From an uncultured Candidatus Saccharibacteria bacterium (GTDB taxonomy: Bacteria; Patescibacteriota; Doudnabacteria; UBA920), in NCBI GenBank assembly GCA_964521955.1, contig CAZFTX010000005.1, positions 804 through 64,803 of the forward strand: a stretch of 64,000 nt of DNA, read 5' to 3'. Position numbers and translations under genes: made by a program. Under the pieces are notes generated by a model that saw only the letters and a program-made list of their open reading frames with translations, was not told the DNA's origin and searched no databases. The stretch's first letter is position 1. Every line of letters starts with the position of its first letter. Shown one piece after another: positions 59,468-64,000 of this stretch.

Positions 59468-60199
59468 ATGAAAAATTTCCTTGCCATTGTCTTTGTTATT
59501 TTTGCCGCAATATTTTTCTATTTATTGTTGCAGACAAGAGGTGATTTAAATAGTGAGTTTAACCGTACAACTCGGTTTACTTTAGGTAAGTATTCTTGGG
59601 CAAGGAAAATTTTTCAATTACATAACCCCGGTGATGCACGTAAGTATTATTTAACCGGTAATGGTTCTTTAATTGTGGAAATAGTTACTGCTGACGGTAC
59701 GGCATTTTCCGAAACAATGTTAAATGAATTTAAAGCGGAGGTAAAAAGGTTAATTGGTAGAGAAGTGGAGGTGTTTAACGAGGATCGTATTGGCGGTGAA
59801 AGTTTAAGTAATGCTGAAATTTCTGAAATTATAAAGACTAAAAGACGCAGGTTTTTACCTGGTCAACCTAATCTTTTTATTATTTATGCTTCAGATTATA
59901 ACTTTCGTGGGGAGGAAGCCTCAAGAACTTTATGGGAATATGGTATTTTGGTTTCGGACCAAAGAGCTACTGAGTTAGCTGCTCGTTATGGGACACCTAA
60001 AGATAAGTTTTTAAAGTCTAGCTTGCTTCATTTTTTTGGCAAGCAAATGGGTCTTTCTAACAACGATAATCAGTCTTGTGTAATGTATAGAAAAGTTGCA
60101 GAAGTAGACATGCAAGGTAAAGTTGACCCAGGGTTTACTGCAAGCGAATACTGCGATTCTGAAATAGAAGAATTAGGAGTAATTAAAAAAAGTTTTTAA
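59468..60199 (+). CDS. Membrane-anchored zincin-like protein with degenerate zinc motif
   Basis: N-terminal TM; SLLHFFGKQMGL..SCVMY. Confidence 0.55.
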   Translation: MKNFLAIVFVIFAAIFFYLLLQTRGDLNSEFNRTTRFTLGKYSWARKIFQLHNPGDARKYYLTGNGSLIVEIVTADGTAFSETMLNEFKAEVKRLIGREVEVFNEDRIGGESLSNAEISEIIKTKRRRFLPGQPNLFIIYASDYNFRGEEASRTLWEYGILVSDQRATELAARYGTPKDKFLKSSLLHFFGKQMGLSNNDNQSCVMYRKVAEVDMQGKVDPGFTASEYCDSEIEELGVIKKSF

Positions 60200-60226
60200 T
60201 ATCACCGGTGTAGCGACAGAAATTTC

Positions 60227-61360
60227 ATGAGTAAAAATTATTATGACATTTTAGGTGTGGCTAAAGGCGCTTCTGAAGAAGAGATAAAGCGAGCTTTTAG
60301 AAAAAAAGCCCACGAACATCATCCCGACAAAGGTAACGGTAATCCGGAAAAATTCAAAGAAGTGAACGAAGCCTATCAAGTTTTATCTGACTCTCAAAAA
60401 AGGCAACAATACGATACTTTTGGTGAAAATTTTTCACAGTATCAGAGCGGTGCCGGCCAGTCCGGCGGTGGTTATCAATGGCAAGGCGGGAATCCATTTG
60501 GTGGTTTTAACCCTTCTGATTTTGGGGGTTTTGGGGATATATTTTCAGATATTTTTGGCAGTCAAGAAGAGCGTAGTACTCGTAGAAATCGAGGTATAGA
60601 TTTAGAAATGGTCTTGGAGATAGACTTTCAAGAAGCGGTTTTTGGGGTTGAAAAAAATATTTCTATAGAAAAACAGGACGTATGTAAAATTTGTTCTGGA
60701 AGTGGAGCGAAACCCGGGACAAAAGTTTCCACATGCTCAAAGTGTCACGGACAAGGTCAGGTAGTTACTACTAGAAATACTATTTTTGGACAAGTCCAAT
60801 CAAGAGTTTCTTGTCCAACTTGCGAAGGTTTGGGTAAGGTTCCGGAAATTCCTTGCGAGACTTGCAAGGGTAGAGGAGTGCTTAAACAGAAAAAAACTTT
60901 GGAAGTTAAAATTCCCGCAGGTATAGACGATGGTCAAAGAATTCGCATTCCTAAAGAAGGTGAAGCCGGTTATAGGGGTTCTGCTCCGGGAGACTTGTTT
61001 TTAGTCATGTCAGTAAGACCTTCTAAGGAATTTGTTCGTGATGGGTTTAATTTATACAGAGAACTTCCTGTTAGTTTTTCACAAGCAGCTTTAGGAGATA
61101 AAATTATTGTAAAAACTTTAGATGGGGATATTGAACTGAAAATTCCTAACGGCACACAAAGTAGCACCATGCTTAAAGTTAAGGACAGAGGGGTACCGCA
61201 TATTAACGGTAAAGGAAGGGGGGATTTAATTTTTACTGTTAGAGTTGTAGTGCCAAAAAAACTTTCTAAAAAAGAAAAAGAATTACTCAAAGAGCTGGCT
61301 AAAGAACAAGGACAGACTGTCAAAGTTGATGAAGGCTTTTGGGACTCTTTTAAAGCTTAA
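60227..61360 (+). CDS. dnaJ: Molecular chaperone DnaJ
   Basis: HPD J domain, G/F region, four CxxCxGxG. Confidence 0.97.
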   Translation: MSKNYYDILGVAKGASEEEIKRAFRKKAHEHHPDKGNGNPEKFKEVNEAYQVLSDSQKRQQYDTFGENFSQYQSGAGQSGGGYQWQGGNPFGGFNPSDFGGFGDIFSDIFGSQEERSTRRNRGIDLEMVLEIDFQEAVFGVEKNISIEKQDVCKICSGSGAKPGTKVSTCSKCHGQGQVVTTRNTIFGQVQSRVSCPTCEGLGKVPEIPCETCKGRGVLKQKKTLEVKIPAGIDDGQRIRIPKEGEAGYRGSAPGDLFLVMSVRPSKEFVRDGFNLYRELPVSFSQAALGDKIIVKTLDGDIELKIPNGTQSSTMLKVKDRGVPHINGKGRGDLIFTVRVVVPKKLSKKEKELLKELAKEQGQTVKVDEGFWDSFKA

Positions 61361-61475
61361 GAAGCGCCCCGAACTTGGCTCAATTCTTAAACTTAAAAAT
61401 TTTGTAGTTAACTGAGATATTTGATATAATAAAAAGGTAAAAGTCTTCAGATTTTGAAATAAATACCTAAAAATT

Positions 61476-62015
61476 GTGTCAGAAATACTAAACTTAGCAA
61501 AAGCATTTAATTGGCAAAATCCTTCCTGGGATTTGTTCATTTTTTTGTTTTGGACAGTTGCCAGTGTAATTTATGCTTTTACTTCGGGTAGGGGAAGAAT
61601 TATAAACATTTTGTTTAGTGTATATATTGCAAAATTACTTACTTTAGAAGCGCCTTTTTTAACCACAGCCATAGAAAATAAATTACCTGAAAATTTAGCC
61701 TCAGTTCAACAATTGGTTTCTTTTGTAATTTTGTTTTTAGCGCTTTTCTTTTTTTTAGGTAGGTTCGCTTTTAGAACTTCTGCAGACGGCAGGCATTTGG
61801 GTTCTTTAGTTTTTGGTTTAATTTTTGCAGTTTTACAAATAGGTTTGTTAATAAACATTATTTTAACTTTCTTGCCTGCAGATATTCAGCAAAACTTTGG
61901 TGAATTGGTTAGAGTTTTGTTTATTGGTCAAACAGCCAGTTTTGTTTGGCTTTTGGCGCCTTTAGGTTTTTTGATTGTTTTAGGCAGACATATTTCTGAC
62001 GGAAATGAGATTTAA
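61476..62015 (+). CDS. Multi-pass membrane protein (CvpA-like, weak)
   Basis: Four to five TM segments. Confidence 0.6.
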   Translation: MSEILNLAKAFNWQNPSWDLFIFLFWTVASVIYAFTSGRGRIINILFSVYIAKLLTLEAPFLTTAIENKLPENLASVQQLVSFVILFLALFFFLGRFAFRTSADGRHLGSLVFGLIFAVLQIGLLINIILTFLPADIQQNFGELVRVLFIGQTASFVWLLAPLGFLIVLGRHISDGNEI

Positions 62016-62059
62016 AAATGATCAAAAGTGATCAGAATTGACCATAATTGATCAAGATT

Positions 62060-62441
62060 ATGAAACCAGCCGATTTACAAATAAGAACCAAAACTTTTGC
62101 TTTACGAGTAATTAAGGTAGCTGAATTTTTGCAAAGACATCCTATTGGTAAATTTATTGCTAATCAAATATTTCGTTCAGGTACTTCAGTAGCGGCAAAT
62201 TTATAGAGCGGCTTGTAGAGCTAGGTCGGCAAAAGATTTTATTGCAAAACTTGGAATAGTTATTGAGGAAGTTGACGAAACAGCTTTTTGGTTAGAGTTA
62301 TCAGGTGAGTCAGGCTTTTTGAAGTCAGAACAAATTATTGATTTATTTAAGGAAGCAAATGAGATTACTGCAATTATGGTAGCTTCAAAAATTCGACAAT
62401 TAAAAATCAAAAGCGAAAGTAAATTTTGGTCAATCTTTTAA
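62060..62441 (+). pseudogene. Frameshifted four helix bundle gene
   Basis: MKPADLQIRTKTFALRVI..FRSGTSVAAN, then an extra T at 62200-62202; continues YRAACRARSAKDFIAKLGIVIEEVDETAFWLEL in the next frame. Confidence 0.88.
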
Positions 62442-62474
62442 ATCTTATTTAATTTTGGTCAATTAATATATTTT

Positions 62475-62858
62475 ATGAAAAAACATATAATTTTAATTAT
62501 TGATGACGATGCTTTAATCGTTGATACTTTAAGAAAGAAATTTTCAGTTTTGGGCACAGAAGTTTACACTGCCAATGGTCCGGAGAAAGCCAAGGAAATT
62601 TTAGAAAAGGTTTTTCCAGAAATTGTGATCTTAGACTTGCTTTTGACCAAAGACGACGGTAGTCAAGGTATTTTAGACTACATGAAAAGCAAACCGGCAT
62701 TAGAAAATGTGCCAGTGATTGTTTTAACAAATATGGACAAACCGGAAATAAAAAGCCTCTTACTCTCTCAAGGGGTAAAAGAATATTTAATAAAAGGATC
62801 TTTGAGTTTAGATGAAATTTATAAAAAAGTTTTTAGCTATCTTGAACCGCAGGGATAA
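62475..62858 (+). CDS. Single-domain response regulator
   Basis: ILIIDDD, ILDL, VIVLTN, EYLIK. Confidence 0.9.
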   Translation: MKKHIILIIDDDALIVDTLRKKFSVLGTEVYTANGPEKAKEILEKVFPEIVILDLLLTKDDGSQGILDYMKSKPALENVPVIVLTNMDKPEIKSLLLSQGVKEYLIKGSLSLDEIYKKVFSYLEPQG

Positions 62859-62934
62859 AGAAACTTATTACCTTTAATTGATAACTTATAACATATAAAA
62901 ACAAAGTTAGTAGTTAAAAATTAATTGTTATTAG

Positions 62935-63876
62935 TTAGTTCAATGACCATCTTGTAAAAATTCCGGTAGATATTAATCTTCCGGTTTTTTTATGGGGATG
63001 TTTTAAACAGAGTTCCCCGAATTCTATTTTTCCAGCGCGGTCTTTTAGGGAATCTTGTAACAAATTGTTTAAAGCTAAAGCCGAGGAGTTGGTTGCGTAA
63101 GCGTTGACAATTAAAAATTTTGCGTTTTGTGAAAGTAGTGAAATGCAGTCGCTGAGTAAGTCAGGTAAGTCTTGGTTAAATCTCCAAGTTTTTCCGGTTG
63201 GGGAGTGGCCGAAAGCGGGTGGGTCCATGATTATACCTTCATATTGTGCGCCTCTTTTAAGTTCGCGTTTTACAAATTTTGCTGCGTCGTCGAGTATCCA
63301 CCTAACAGAGTCTTTAGGTAGGTTGTTAAGTTTGTGGTTTTCGTTCGCCCAAGTTAATGTAGGCTTAGAAGCGTCTACGTGGGTTACCAAGGCCCCAGCT
63401 TTGGCTAAAACTACAGTTGCCCCACCGGTGTAACCAAATAAATTTAGTACTTTAAATTTATTTGGAGTTATAAAGTTATCAGGTTGAAAGTTTTTCAAGT
63501 TTTGACTCTTTATAACTTTATGACTTGATGAACTTGATAACTGTTTAGTCATCCAATCCCAGTTGGCTGCTTGTTCAGCAAACAGACCCGTATGTTTAAA
63601 TGGAGAGAGCTTAAGCTTAAAAACAGTGTTTTTAAACTTAATACTCCAGTTATGAGGGATATTTTTTTTAATTTTCCAAGAACCTTTTTCTTTGTCTTTG
63701 TCAGTTGTAAAAACCGCCCAAGCTTTGTTCCATTCAGACTCAGGTAGTGTTCTTTCCCAAATAATTTGAGGGTCAGGCCTTTGCAAAATTACTTCACCCC
63801 ATTTTTCTAAACGAAAACCAGACCCCGTGTCCAAAAGTTCAAAGTCCCAGGGTTGGTCGTAAAATTCTAAAAGCAT
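62935..63876 (-). CDS. Class I SAM-dependent methyltransferase (RlmI/RlmK-like)
   Basis: FKHTGLFAEQ, VLNLFGYTG, HVDAS, IMDPPAFG. Confidence 0.9.
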   Translation of the reverse strand: MLLEFYDQPWDFELLDTGSGFRLEKWGEVILQRPDPQIIWERTLPESEWNKAWAVFTTDKDKEKGSWKIKKNIPHNWSIKFKNTVFKLKLSPFKHTGLFAEQAANWDWMTKQLSSSSSHKVIKSQNLKNFQPDNFITPNKFKVLNLFGYTGGATVVLAKAGALVTHVDASKPTLTWANENHKLNNLPKDSVRWILDDAAKFVKRELKRGAQYEGIIMDPPAFGHSPTGKTWRFNQDLPDLLSDCISLLSQNAKFLIVNAYATNSSALALNNLLQDSLKDRAGKIEFGELCLKHPHKKTGRLISTGIFTRWSLN

Positions 63877-64000
63877 ATTATAAAATGATCAAAAATGACA
63901 CAATTGACCAAAATTGATCAAAAATAGTTAATAAATAAATTATCACTAATCACTATTTCGCGACTATGTCACCTAGGCGGAAAACTTCCAAAGTTCCTTC

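Overview
A 64-kb AT-rich bacterial chromosome segment. Gene content and style suggest Patescibacteria/CPR (inference): streamlined housekeeping genes, type IV pilus, sortase, mostly SD-less starts and typical short palindromic repeats. Core genes are valS (partial, with a T-box-like leader), tsaD, pyrD, htrA, trxB, efp, rpsF-ssb-rpsR, ychF, a phosphohexomutase, trpS, rnj, secG, uvrC, uvrA, a pilB-pilC-pilin operon and hrcA-grpE-dnaK-dnaJ with a variant CIRCE, plus tRNA-Glu and tRNA-Leu. The most unusual part is a surface-protein island (about 38.3-55 kb). It holds four GC-rich PEP-CTERM genes with no exosortase in the window. Three of them sit behind a ~120-bp inverted-repeat module whose end forms the -35 box, and two share a covarying structured 5' leader. 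Next to them are an LPxTG protein, a sortase with catalytic Cys replaced by Ser, and two identical 32-bp palindromes bracketing the pilus locus. Other oddities: four-helix-bundle genes flanked by gene-specific inverted 9-mer arrays with empty sites elsewhere, an intact tRNA-Leu nested inside a broken tRNA-Leu, in-frame repeat insertions in conserved enzymes, and a TA-flanked MITE family. All calls come from reading the sequence; no searches were run.
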